A stretch of 21,070 nucleotides of DNA from an uncultured bacterium (GCA_963977445.1 CAXBPH010000107.1:1-21070), one strand, 5' to 3'; positions 1-7,739 are shown, numbered from the stretch's first letter. Numbers and translations are program-made. The notes: a model not told the origin generated them from the sequence alone.

Positions 1-1992
1 GCCCTGAAGTCCGTCTATTCGCAGTTTATCCCGGATCTTATTGATGAGCTTCCCGCTCAGTATAAGATTGGCTTGGGTTTCATGAATGGGCAAAATGATG
101 TGGCCCTCGATTCTGTTAATATTGTAACCATGAACGACGGAAATCCCAGCTTCACGGCAGATAAAGATGTTGTTAAGACCCGTTTCGCCGGGTTGGTAGT
201 GAATGACAATGGTGCGTCGAATATACTCTCCGCTCTCGAGTCGAGTGCAACAATTCTCAGACGTCTGGACACCAACGACAATCTTCGGCCCTTTGACGAC
301 GTCGATATGAAAGCGGTTATCGCCATTACAGATGGACGGGATACCAGTCTGGAACGGGTTACGGTTACGGCAAATTTCATGTCTGCTGAGGGCGTACGTC
401 TTTTCATGGTCGGTTGGGGTGAAAAGGTAAACGCCGATACGATTATTCGCCTGGCTTCGGCGAGCGGTGGCCACTACTACTCGACGCCGGCACGCAATAC
501 CGGGCTGCAGGATCCTTTTGGCGTTCCCATTCGTGTCCCACAGGTAGAAGGGTTGTCAGATTGGGCCGTGTTGGATTCTTCGGATCCCTGCGACGAGTCG
601 ATAGCCAATGACCTCGCCTCCCAACTTATATTCAGTTACACGACCTTAAGTACCGAGTCCAGCGTGGTAATAAGAGCTGACTTGTCCTTTGACGACCCCA
701 ATGATCAGAATTCCATTTGCCTGCCCGAGCAGAATGAAATCGCGACGACGTTGGAATATAGCCAACAGGATTTCAGCACCATATCTGGTGATGTACGCTT
801 GGGCCAGATTTCCCTTCAAACCGATGGCGTGTCGAACGGTGAAGCGGTTATCACGGCTCGAGCAGATTATATTCCCCGCAATATTCGAACGATGAGTTTT
901 GACTTGTCCTTGGTGACGTTGGAGAATCTCACCCTCAACGTCGTGCCGGTCTTACAAACAGCCGGTGGCCTCATCTCAAACTGGACACTGTCCAATGCGG
1001 GCTCAATATATACCTTCACATCCCCTGATAGTACGCCATTGCGATTTTCCGACTTTGGCGAGTTGTTTACCATTACGGTGACGGGTGTTACACAGGCATT
1101 TGATCTTCGATTTGAGGTCACTGCTCCTACATTCACGGCCTCGAATTTTGAAACCAAATATTTTACCCACCCAGACGGTATTACCGTTGGCGGAAGTCCG
1201 TTCTTCGCCTCCTCCTTTCCGTCGCCCTACTTTGATTCCCGCCCTGCTCCCCTCAATCTGGAAAGTGCGTTTATTGTAGCGGCGGATACAAACACCGATA
1301 TCGTCGAGATTGATGTAATTAATTTAGGCGGATCTCACGTGGTACCTGGTGCTCCTGTCAATATCGTGACAGGCGAATTTCTGGACTATACACCGTTTAA
1401 CGTAGGGCTGTTCTGGGAGGCAACAATTGGTGCCTCAGACAATTTTCTCTCTTTTGTACAGGATACGCCAACAGGCGGTTTCGTAACGGCCTACGACAAA
1501 CCCTCCACCCTATTCGTCAACCTGAACCGGGCGTTGACGCCCCCCGGATTGCGGGATGGTGAAATTGTGATAAATTACGAATCTGGCTCGGTAAACAACA
1601 CGGGCGTATTGGATCCAATCAATATCCGTTATACGATTGATTTTCCAGCCTTCGATATCGATGCGTTCGATGTAATAACGAGGCAGTTCGTGGACCTGCC
1701 AGGCTTATTCTTGAATTTTGAAGCAACCCCGGACTCCCAGGACATACAAATAACCAATACGGGTCAGAGTCTGTTGCAGTGGCAAGTGGACCCGAATTCC
1801 CTTCCTGCCTGGGTGGTTTTGAGTGATTTTGTGGGCGTTGCAGGTCCGGATGAGTCAAATGTAGTAACGATCACCATTGTTCGTGAAAGTCTGCCCCTTG
1901 GAAATCAGTTTGCAGATATCGTGTTTACTGCCGATTATGTCGATCCAATTACGTTGACGGTCAGTGCGGAAGGCGTTCCGGCCGTAAAATAG
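1..1992 (+). CDS. Large surface/secreted protein, 5'-truncated by the window: von Willebrand factor A domain followed by beta-sandwich (cohesin-like and BACON/Ig-like) modules
   Basis: Frame 1 is open from base 1 (ALKSVYSQFIPDLIDELP...) to TAG at 1990-1992. VWA motifs: 'KAVIAITDGRD', 'LFMVGWG', 'LASASGGHYY'. The C-terminal 'IQITNTGQSLLQWQV...PAWVVLS..G' is typical of BACON-like domains. The protein is acidic and Thr/Asp-rich. Confidence 0.8.
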   Translation, partial: ALKSVYSQFIPDLIDELPAQYKIGLGFMNGQNDVALDSVNIVTMNDGNPSFTADKDVVKTRFAGLVVNDNGASNILSALESSATILRRLDTNDNLRPFDDVDMKAVIAITDGRDTSLERVTVTANFMSAEGVRLFMVGWGEKVNADTIIRLASASGGHYYSTPARNTGLQDPFGVPIRVPQVEGLSDWAVLDSSDPCDESIANDLASQLIFSYTTLSTESSVVIRADLSFDDPNDQNSICLPEQNEIATTLEYSQQDFSTISGDVRLGQISLQTDGVSNGEAVITARADYIPRNIRTMSFDLSLVTLENLTLNVVPVLQTAGGLISNWTLSNAGSIYTFTSPDSTPLRFSDFGELFTITVTGVTQAFDLRFEVTAPTFTASNFETKYFTHPDGITVGGSPFFASSFPSPYFDSRPAPLNLESAFIVAADTNTDIVEIDVINLGGSHVVPGAPVNIVTGEFLDYTPFNVGLFWEATIGASDNFLSFVQDTPTGGFVTAYDKPSTLFVNLNRALTPPGLRDGEIVINYESGSVNNTGVLDPINIRYTIDFPAFDIDAFDVITRQFVDLPGLFLNFEATPDSQDIQITNTGQSLLQWQVDPNSLPAWVVLSDFVGVAGPDESNVVTITIVRESLPLGNQFADIVFTADYVDPITLTVSAEGVPAVK

Positions 1993-2012
1993 ATTCTAAG
2001 TAGTTTTCATCA

Positions 2013-2051
2013 GGCTGCCGACCTCTTTTTGGATGTCGGCAGTCTTTTTTT
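2013..2051 (+). terminator. Rho-independent terminator after the VWA protein gene
   Basis: Stem GGCTGCCGAC (2013-2022) / GTCGGCAGTC (2035-2044), followed directly by T7. Confidence 0.8.
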
Positions 2052-2061
2052 GGTTCATTGC

Positions 2062-2092
2062 TTGTTTCATCCGGGAGATTCTGAGGTATAAT
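2062..2092 (+). promoter_or_regulatory. Possible sigma70 promoter for the small Cys-rich membrane protein gene
   Basis: Perfect TATAAT at 2087-2092, about 45-60 nt upstream of the candidate ATGs. The -35 is poor (TTGTTT at 19 bp spacing or TTTCAT at 16 bp). Confidence 0.45.
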
Positions 2093-2135
2093 ATGGCGCT
2101 TAGCGGTCAATTGATGACCATTGCACAACGGAAAG

Positions 2136-2375
2136 ATGATCGGTGATCCTATCATGCTAAACGCAGTTGTAGCCGTCTCGGCTTTGTTGCTCCTCTACGG
2201 GATTTGGGTGGGCGTACACCTGTATGCCCGACATCGGATGGGGGTTCGACAGATTGGATGTCGCGGTCCCGTAACGGATGACTTCGGCAACGAAGTTTGC
2301 TGCCATACCGGAGAAGTCTGTACGAAGGATTCCAGTTGTTCTGACGGCGATGCCGAATGCACAGATGATCATTAA
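2136..2375 (+). CDS. Small single-pass membrane protein with Cys/His-rich tail (start uncertain: 2121 TTG, 2136 ATG or 2154 ATG)
   Basis: Hydrophobic segment LNAVVAVSALLLLYGIWVGVHLY, then basic residues, then GCRGP...VCCHTGEVCTKDSSCSDGDAEC (6 Cys). Lies between a terminator/-10 box and the next gene. Confidence 0.65.
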   Translation: MIGDPIMLNAVVAVSALLLLYGIWVGVHLYARHRMGVRQIGCRGPVTDDFGNEVCCHTGEVCTKDSSCSDGDAECTDDH

Positions 2376-2481
2376 AACCATATTCCGATAATGTTATAGA
2401 GATTAGTTTTACGGACCAGCGTTAGCAGTCGGATTTCATTCGATTGTCAGCTGGCGAGAAACAGAGAAAGGGTTGGCGCTG

Positions 2482-2799
2482 ATGCCACTAAAGTATTATT
2501 GCCCCAAGTGCAGCAAACGCTTCGTTGACTGGGGTGCGGAGAAGTTGGGCTTCAAATGCCCAGATTGTGATGGCGAGACGTTATACCGGGTAGGCACGCA
2601 GCCCGAAGGCGAGGAGCGTGCACCTACCCTGTCGAAACGGCCGGCAAAGAAAGCGGCGGCTAAAAAGGCAGTCGCCCCGAAGCCCAAGAAAGAGATTGTC
2701 GACCTTGAGCCGGACTCGGATGATGACATCGTTATTGGCGATGGCGATGATGATGACGACGTTCTGAAAGATTCTCTTGCCATTGAAGAAGACGACTGA
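2482..2799 (+). CDS. FYDLN-acid (TIGR02300)-like zinc-ribbon protein with Lys/Ala-rich linker and acidic tail
   Basis: CPKC-x-KRFVDW...CPDC mirrors the CxxC..RFYDLN..CxxC pattern. The tail is Asp/Glu-rich. SD-like GAAAGGG (2466-2472) lies 9 nt before ATG 2482. Confidence 0.75.
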   Translation: MPLKYYCPKCSKRFVDWGAEKLGFKCPDCDGETLYRVGTQPEGEERAPTLSKRPAKKAAAKKAVAPKPKKEIVDLEPDSDDDIVIGDGDDDDDVLKDSLAIEEDD

Positions 2800-2841
2800 G
2801 CGTTCGGATTAATTAATCTGGACCGAATCGATACCATCAAC

Positions 2842-2887
2842 GCATCTGACCACAGGCTCTTTCGCCTTGTGGTCAGATGCATTTTTT
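2842..2887 (+). terminator. Rho-independent terminator between convergent genes
   Basis: Long stem GCATCTGACCACA(GGC) / (GCCT)TGTGGTCAGATGC followed by ATTTTTT. Confidence 0.85.
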
Positions 2888-2924
2888 GTATCGTTGATTC
2901 GTGTCTTGCAATGCCAGGTAGGGA

Positions 2925-3572
2925 TTATTTGGCTTTCAGCGAGACTTCGATTTGATCGAATAGGTATTCGATCTGGAGCCAGGGTGCGACTGCCGGAACC
3001 GTGTCGTGGAGGAAACCATGTAGTGATTGTCCCGTTTCCAAGGCCAGCGTGCAACGTCGCTGGGGCGCAGGCCGCTCCAACAGTGCCTGGTGGAATGTAA
3101 TGGGTACCCCCCATTTTTTTGCGGCGATTCTCAGTACAGCAACAATGTCTCGATTTCGAAATTGCTGCGACTTATCCGTGTTTTTAGTCGCAAGGCGTTT
3201 TGAAAAATCGGGTGCCATTTTACTCGCGGGTAGAATTTCCGTGCTGGATTTGTCCGAAAGCTTCTCATCATTCGGCGCTTCGCTTGTCTTTTCCCGGAGG
3301 CGCTTATCCCCATGGAGAACGGAAACGACCTGACTGGCGGGCAGTATCAGAATGGGAAGTCCGGGGAGAACCTCCACCTTTACTTCGACTTGTGTTTCGC
3401 TGACTACTCGGACACCTTGAAGCACTTTTCCGGAGCGCAGCGTAATTTGATCGCCGCGCCTGTCCCAAGGCAACGGGGACTTAACGGTAGACGTGTCCTG
3501 GACGTTATCCTCCGCAAACAGCCCCGTGCAGACGGGCCATACCAGCAGGACAAGTGCGATAATTTTCCTCAT
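2925..3572 (-). CDS. Secreted hypothetical protein; N-terminal 'D-x-I-x-L-x-x-G-x-x-L-x-G' module and possible STN/secretin-N-like C-terminal domain
   Basis: Signal peptide MRKIIALVLLVWPVCTGLFA; motif DQITLRSGKVLQGVRVV; C-terminal FRNRDIVAVLRIAAKKWGVPITF...LSLHGFL-type pattern; SD GAAAGG upstream; has its own promoter. Confidence 0.7.
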   Translation of the reverse strand: MRKIIALVLLVWPVCTGLFAEDNVQDTSTVKSPLPWDRRGDQITLRSGKVLQGVRVVSETQVEVKVEVLPGLPILILPASQVVSVLHGDKRLREKTSEAPNDEKLSDKSSTEILPASKMAPDFSKRLATKNTDKSQQFRNRDIVAVLRIAAKKWGVPITFHQALLERPAPQRRCTLALETGQSLHGFLHDTVPAVAPWLQIEYLFDQIEVSLKAK

Positions 3573-3598
3573 TTGAACGTACCTTTCAAGGTGCCTTC

Positions 3599-3627
3599 AT
3601 TCTATGTGGCGTGGCCTGAGGTGTCAA
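3599..3627 (-). promoter_or_regulatory. sigma70 promoter for the 215-aa secreted protein gene
   Basis: Minus strand TTGACA (3627-3622), 17 bp spacer, TAGAAT (3604-3599). Predicts a ~20-nt leader containing GAAAGG. Confidence 0.8.
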
Positions 3628-3746
3628 GCTGCGCAGGAAAAAGGGGCCCTGTTTCCGGTCAGAAGCTACGGTCGTTGCAATCCTCGGACGAATTGCCGCG
3701 GGAAAATCGGACTGCACGGAAATACGCCTTATTGAGGGTCCATATC

Positions 3747-3775
3747 TTGTATTGCGTTCGTCTTCCTCATACAAT
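3747..3775 (+). promoter_or_regulatory. sigma70 promoter for the receiver-domain gene
   Basis: TTGTAT (3747-3752), 17 bp spacer, TACAAT (3770-3775); GGGAG SD precedes ATG 3840. Confidence 0.6.
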
Positions 3776-3839
3776 GGCGTTATGAATTGGACAGGGGTGG
3801 GATTGCCACGCCTGAGAACCTGAATGGGAGTAGTCGCCT

Positions 3840-4217
3840 ATGGCTACCGTACTTATTGCTACAATGGATGCAGCAGACTATGGCGTTTTATCTGCCGAAG
3901 TAGAGGGCGAAGGCCATCAGGTCATTTGGGCAAGCGATGGCCAGGAGGCGGTAGAACTCACCTTGGCGCGAAAGCCCGATTTAGTTTTTCTCGATCCGGC
4001 ACTACCCATTTTCGGTGGCTATGAAGTGGCAGTGATTTTGCGCGGCGACCCCGAAGTCCCCAGTAGCTTGGCCCTGCTACTTTTCAGCGATGAAGCACAA
4101 GAGCCACATCGCTTTGATGGGTCCGGTTTTACGGACCAATTTCGGAAGACCCACGCTCACCAGGAAGTGCGGGAAATTCTCTCACAATTTTCTGATGTTC
4201 CACCGGCGACGTTTTAG
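3840..4217 (+). CDS. Single-domain response regulator (CheY-like receiver), atypical
   Basis: 'ASDGQEAVEL..ARKPDLVFLDPALP..GYEV...LR.DP' receiver pattern. The phosphoacceptor Asp, beta4 Ser and a Lys are present. Confidence 0.85.
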   Translation: MATVLIATMDAADYGVLSAEVEGEGHQVIWASDGQEAVELTLARKPDLVFLDPALPIFGGYEVAVILRGDPEVPSSLALLLFSDEAQEPHRFDGSGFTDQFRKTHAHQEVREILSQFSDVPPATF

Positions 4218-4226
4218 CGGTCGGTT

Positions 4227-6248
4227 TCACGGACCGAAATTTTTGGTTATGAAGGATTCTCCGGAAAGTAGTTTTCCGATTGTTTCTCGTGTTTTCAGTC
4301 GGGAGCGATCACCCTTGATGGTCTTATCCTGGACGTCAAATCCCGCTCCGGGCGAAAAGTTTGGCGGCGGCCTCAATTCGCCCGCCGCCATACCCTCCCA
4401 GTACAACCGTATATATTCGTAGTCTTCCAGACCATCCCGGAGGGCGAAGAGTCGTCGGGTGCGCAAGAGCCCCTCTTTGCCGACTGCGAGTAACGGTGCG
4501 GTCGGCCTTTCCACGGTATTCAGCGCAGGGCCGAGAATCCCCTGGAATCCCCGGGCCCAGCATACCCACGGGAGCATACGGGCGGCCTGTCCCCCACCTG
4601 GGCGGGCCATACTCCAGGCCAGATTGCCGTCGTCGCCAGCGTCCAGCCAGGGGATTACGCGTGGAATTAACTCTTCGGTCGTTTTCGCGTCCTCGTTGTT
4701 AAAGAGCACTTCCGATAATTCGAGTACGTGCCCGCTGGCCAGGGGTGGAAAACGGAGGCGGATGGCGATGCACTCCCGGGGATACCGCACCGTTCCGATG
4801 GTGATGGGGTTGCCCATTTCACTCAGTGTTGGCGGGGTATCCCAACTCACACTGGCGTCCGTAAAGATTCCGGGATTATAGGCCGTTTCTACGGTGGGAA
4901 AGACCATCGACGCTCGTCGTGGTCCGATGAGCGTGAGGCTCTCCAGCCGCACGTAGTCGGGGAACGTAATTTCTATCCAGGGAGACTCACCGCCCGGAAG
5001 GAGTGCGGGAATCCAGGAGGTAGCCTCACTCCCATCTACACTTTCGGAGGCCAGCGTTTGATAGTGGCCAGACGTGTCCGAAGCGCCCACCGTGCCGACG
5101 CAAATGCCCAACGGTTTATGGGTATACCGAGTCATCGACTGACCGTTGGTGAGGAGCTGAACGAGTTCGGGCGATACGGTATCCGGGAGTGCCCATATGT
5201 CGGCGTACCGCTCAAAATGAGGATGAGGCGGTCCAGCGAGAATCCGTATGATCCGGTCATCCGCCCGTGAAAAGCGGGCGTATTCCTGACGCACATTCTG
5301 CCACGTGCTTCGATCACCAACCCGAAGTGGCTCGGCCACCGGGGCCGCATTGAAGTCAATGGTTTTCAGATTGCCGAGTAGCGTATGAAGCAAGGTCTGC
5401 AGGCGGTCCTGGGGAGACTCCCGTGTGGGACGCTGCAGCCCCGTGACCAGCGCACCCGGGGTCCCGCCCACGTCAAAGAATCGTGCTGGCGTGGTTGCGG
5501 CCACGTAACGAATATGTGCTGCCAGGGTTTCCGTGGTGAGGGAACTGTCGATAGTGCCGGGCAAGTACAATCGGTAGGCAAATCCCAGGCCGTTCAGGTG
5601 GTCGTAAATCGGTGCCCAACGATCCATATTATCCAATGGAATCGACCAGGCTTCGGCAAGCAGGGCCACGTCCAGACTGAAGAGCGAAGCCAATTGTCGG
5701 GACTCAGGAAGGGCCATATCAAAGACGCGCAGGCGTATAGGGCACGAGACAGGCTTCCCTTCGACAAAGTTCACCTGAAGGGCACCCCGGTAGTCTCCAG
5801 GGAGGCTTCCGACGGGCACCAGGATCTCAAAAAGTAGTTCGAGCACACCGTCGGCCTCGAGACTCACTTCGTCCAAAGGTGCGAATGCATCGGGTACCGT
5901 GGGCTGACCCGCAAGGAAGTCCCCCACCGCCGCCGGACGGTAAAAGGACACGGGAAAGAGGTCGTTGTTTTGCCAGGTAACTTCGCAAGAGACCAACTGT
6001 CGCGCCACGTCGTCATTCTCAATACGAAACGTCCCCATCTCATATTCCCCGATGGCGGCGCTGTAGGGCTCCTTATAGACTTCTGCCGATTTGCCCTCTT
6101 CCGGATTGGGCTCCAGCAAGAATACGTCGGGTGTCGCCAGGGCGCTAAACAATACAAATAAGACAGGAGTCATGGGAACGGATAGCAACTTTCTTCGCGG
6201 GCGAAAAATAAGGGAGCCGAGGGTCACAGGACCCTCGGCTCGTGACAT
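4227..6248 (-). CDS. Secreted GH123/DUF4091-like protein with an inserted discoidin (F5/8 type C, CBM32-like) domain; real start may be ATG 6173
   Basis: N-terminal 'GEYE', 'PG.YRGAL.V...PIRLRVFDMALP' and C-terminal 'RLFALRDGLEDYEY' are typical of DUF4091/GH123-like proteins. The internal 'SVDG..ATSW...PWIEITF...IRLRF...LELSEV' is discoidin-like. Signal-like MTPVLFVLFSALA from 6173. Confidence 0.7.
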   Translation of the reverse strand: MSRAEGPVTLGSLIFRPRRKLLSVPMTPVLFVLFSALATPDVFLLEPNPEEGKSAEVYKEPYSAAIGEYEMGTFRIENDDVARQLVSCEVTWQNNDLFPVSFYRPAAVGDFLAGQPTVPDAFAPLDEVSLEADGVLELLFEILVPVGSLPGDYRGALQVNFVEGKPVSCPIRLRVFDMALPESRQLASLFSLDVALLAEAWSIPLDNMDRWAPIYDHLNGLGFAYRLYLPGTIDSSLTTETLAAHIRYVAATTPARFFDVGGTPGALVTGLQRPTRESPQDRLQTLLHTLLGNLKTIDFNAAPVAEPLRVGDRSTWQNVRQEYARFSRADDRIIRILAGPPHPHFERYADIWALPDTVSPELVQLLTNGQSMTRYTHKPLGICVGTVGASDTSGHYQTLASESVDGSEATSWIPALLPGGESPWIEITFPDYVRLESLTLIGPRRASMVFPTVETAYNPGIFTDASVSWDTPPTLSEMGNPITIGTVRYPRECIAIRLRFPPLASGHVLELSEVLFNNEDAKTTEELIPRVIPWLDAGDDGNLAWSMARPGGGQAARMLPWVCWARGFQGILGPALNTVERPTAPLLAVGKEGLLRTRRLFALRDGLEDYEYIRLYWEGMAAGELRPPPNFSPGAGFDVQDKTIKGDRSRLKTRETIGKLLSGESFITKNFGP

Positions 6249-6263
6249 TCTATCGTGTTTGCA

Positions 6264-7256
6264 TCAGAAGAGAGAAACCAGAACCCCAAAGGCCCGTGTC
6301 GTCGGGAAATCGGTTGCAAATTTCTGGAATTCCACGTGACCATCCATAAACAGCCAGTTGGAGCCGCCGGGGACGTGATTGTAGTCCGCTACGTCTGTAC
6401 TAACGAGATCGCCCATGACGGGGATGACACTCTGCGCTTCTGCAGAGGCCGCAGCGTTATTGATGTCGGTGATAAAAAAGCGCTCAATGCCTTCCCGGGT
6501 TCGGGATATTTTCAGGCCAGAATTGTCGATGTCCTTGTCATAGACATTGGCAAAGTTTACCGGATCGGCCAACCAGGCCCCAATTTGTGCCGTGACAGTG
6601 TTTTGGATCGCCGTGATGAAGTTTATACTGATGTGGGTGCCCACGGCCGCATCGCCGGCATTGGGGTCGGCCCCGGCCACCAGATAGTCGTTGCCAGGGC
6701 GGCCATTCATGGCCCAACCAAGGTACAGGTAGGATTCAGCGGTAAACCCGCAGGGATCGATTACGTTGTCGACGGGTGCACCGAGGTCCTGGGCAAACCA
6801 GTACTTTTCATTTTCCAGGACGCCCGCTGCGGTCGCGTCCGACGGACAAACCATAACGTTTACGTCCGTCAGGTATTCCGGGTAGACCGATGGTCCATCA
6901 AAGACAAACTCGGTGTCGGGGGAGTTACCACCGGGTTGTCCCAATCCCGGTGGTGCGGGGTTAGGATAGGCACACTCGGCGTCTGAGGGGCGCACATAAC
7001 TCGCCGTACTTCCCCCACCCGCAGGTGAGCTGATTACCCAGGATTGCCGCTGTGCCATGGGCGGAAATTTCTCGCCCGAGGACTCGTTGGCAAACATCTT
7101 GAAGACGACGCCCAGTTGCTTCAGGTTGTTCTGACAGCTGGCTCGTCGGGCTGCTTCGCGCGCCCTGGCCAGTGCCGGGAGCAGAATGGCCGCCAGAATT
7201 CCGATGATCGCGATCACGACCAGTAGTTCGATCAGGGTGAAACCTTTTTTATTCAT
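6264..7256 (-). CDS. DUF1559-family prepilin-type N-terminal cleavage/methylation protein with C-terminal H-X9-DG motif
   Basis: [49 protein letters not shown]; 'CPSD'; C-terminal [20 protein letters not shown] lies 11 nt before ATG 7256. Confidence 0.95.
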   Translation of the reverse strand: MNKKGFTLIELLVVIAIIGILAAILLPALARAREAARRASCQNNLKQLGVVFKMFANESSGEKFPPMAQRQSWVISSPAGGGSTASYVRPSDAECAYPNPAPPGLGQPGGNSPDTEFVFDGPSVYPEYLTDVNVMVCPSDATAAGVLENEKYWFAQDLGAPVDNVIDPCGFTAESYLYLGWAMNGRPGNDYLVAGADPNAGDAAVGTHISINFITAIQNTVTAQIGAWLADPVNFANVYDKDIDNSGLKISRTREGIERFFITDINNAAASAEAQSVIPVMGDLVSTDVADYNHVPGGSNWLFMDGHVEFQKFATDFPTTRAFGVLVSLF

Positions 7257-7494
7257 CGTACTCAAAGCCTCCTAAGCCAGTAAAGATGAATGCGATTCGT
7301 TCCGTATCTAAGAGAGCCGGTGGTCCTTTATTACTCAGATGAACCTCCTTTCTGAGTTTTCCAAACGTGGGTAAAAGTATGCAGTTACCTCGACATGGAG
7401 ACAGAAAACCTACTGTTTGGATGGCCGCTGTCACCTTGGGTTCAGCGTCTGGAGCTTGGTAGTTCAAGATAAAGTCGACATTACCGTAATTTTC

Positions 7495-7523
7495 AATCTA
7501 AACCTTAAACGCACCCTTGTCAA
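7495..7523 (-). promoter_or_regulatory. sigma70 promoter for the DUF1559 / GH123-like unit
   Basis: Minus strand TTGACA (7523-7518), 17 bp spacer, TAGATT (7500-7495). Confidence 0.7.
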
Positions 7524-7698
7524 GGGGGGAGCCATGAATTATATCACTATTTACAGGATGTGTCTCGGAATATACCACATCTACAAGCGTGTTCCGGTCT
7601 GTAATTGCGGTTTTGCGACTGTGGCTCTGCCGGTGCCGTAGGGATTGTGGCACCAAGGTCGGCGAAATGGTGTGGAGAAGGTCGGCAATGTTACAAAC

Positions 7699-7739
7699 GC
7701 TGCGGGAGCAGAGTCCCCTTCGGGGGGCGTCTGTGCAGT
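7699..7739. other. GC-rich hairpin downstream of yjbQ (possible operon terminator or stabiliser)
   Basis: CAGAGTCCCC-TTCG-GGGGGCGTCTG with outer GCTGC/GCAGT pairing. There is no strong U-tract on the minus strand. Confidence 0.35.

Noticed and set aside
2715..2760. GAT/GAC triplet runs
   Set aside because: They simply encode the poly-Asp tail and are not an independent repeat element.
2807..2818. Perfect palindrome GATTAATTAATC after the zinc-ribbon gene; also checked this region for a tRNA
   Set aside because: Short AT palindrome in a 3' region between convergent genes with no promoter context. No cloverleaf or T-loop motif is present.
6255..6986. 243-aa plus-strand ORF opposite the DUF1559 gene
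   Set aside because: Antisense shadow ORF.
7340..7353. Match to the 16S rRNA 3' end as an rRNA gene fragment
   Set aside because: Only about 11 nt match and the flanks are not rRNA-like; better explained as an SD-like element on the minus strand.
7249..7467. Full 72-aa ORF in the DUF1559 leader as a protein-coding gene
   Set aside because: TTG start without SD and no recognisable features. Only the 3' part is kept as a speculative uORF in findings.
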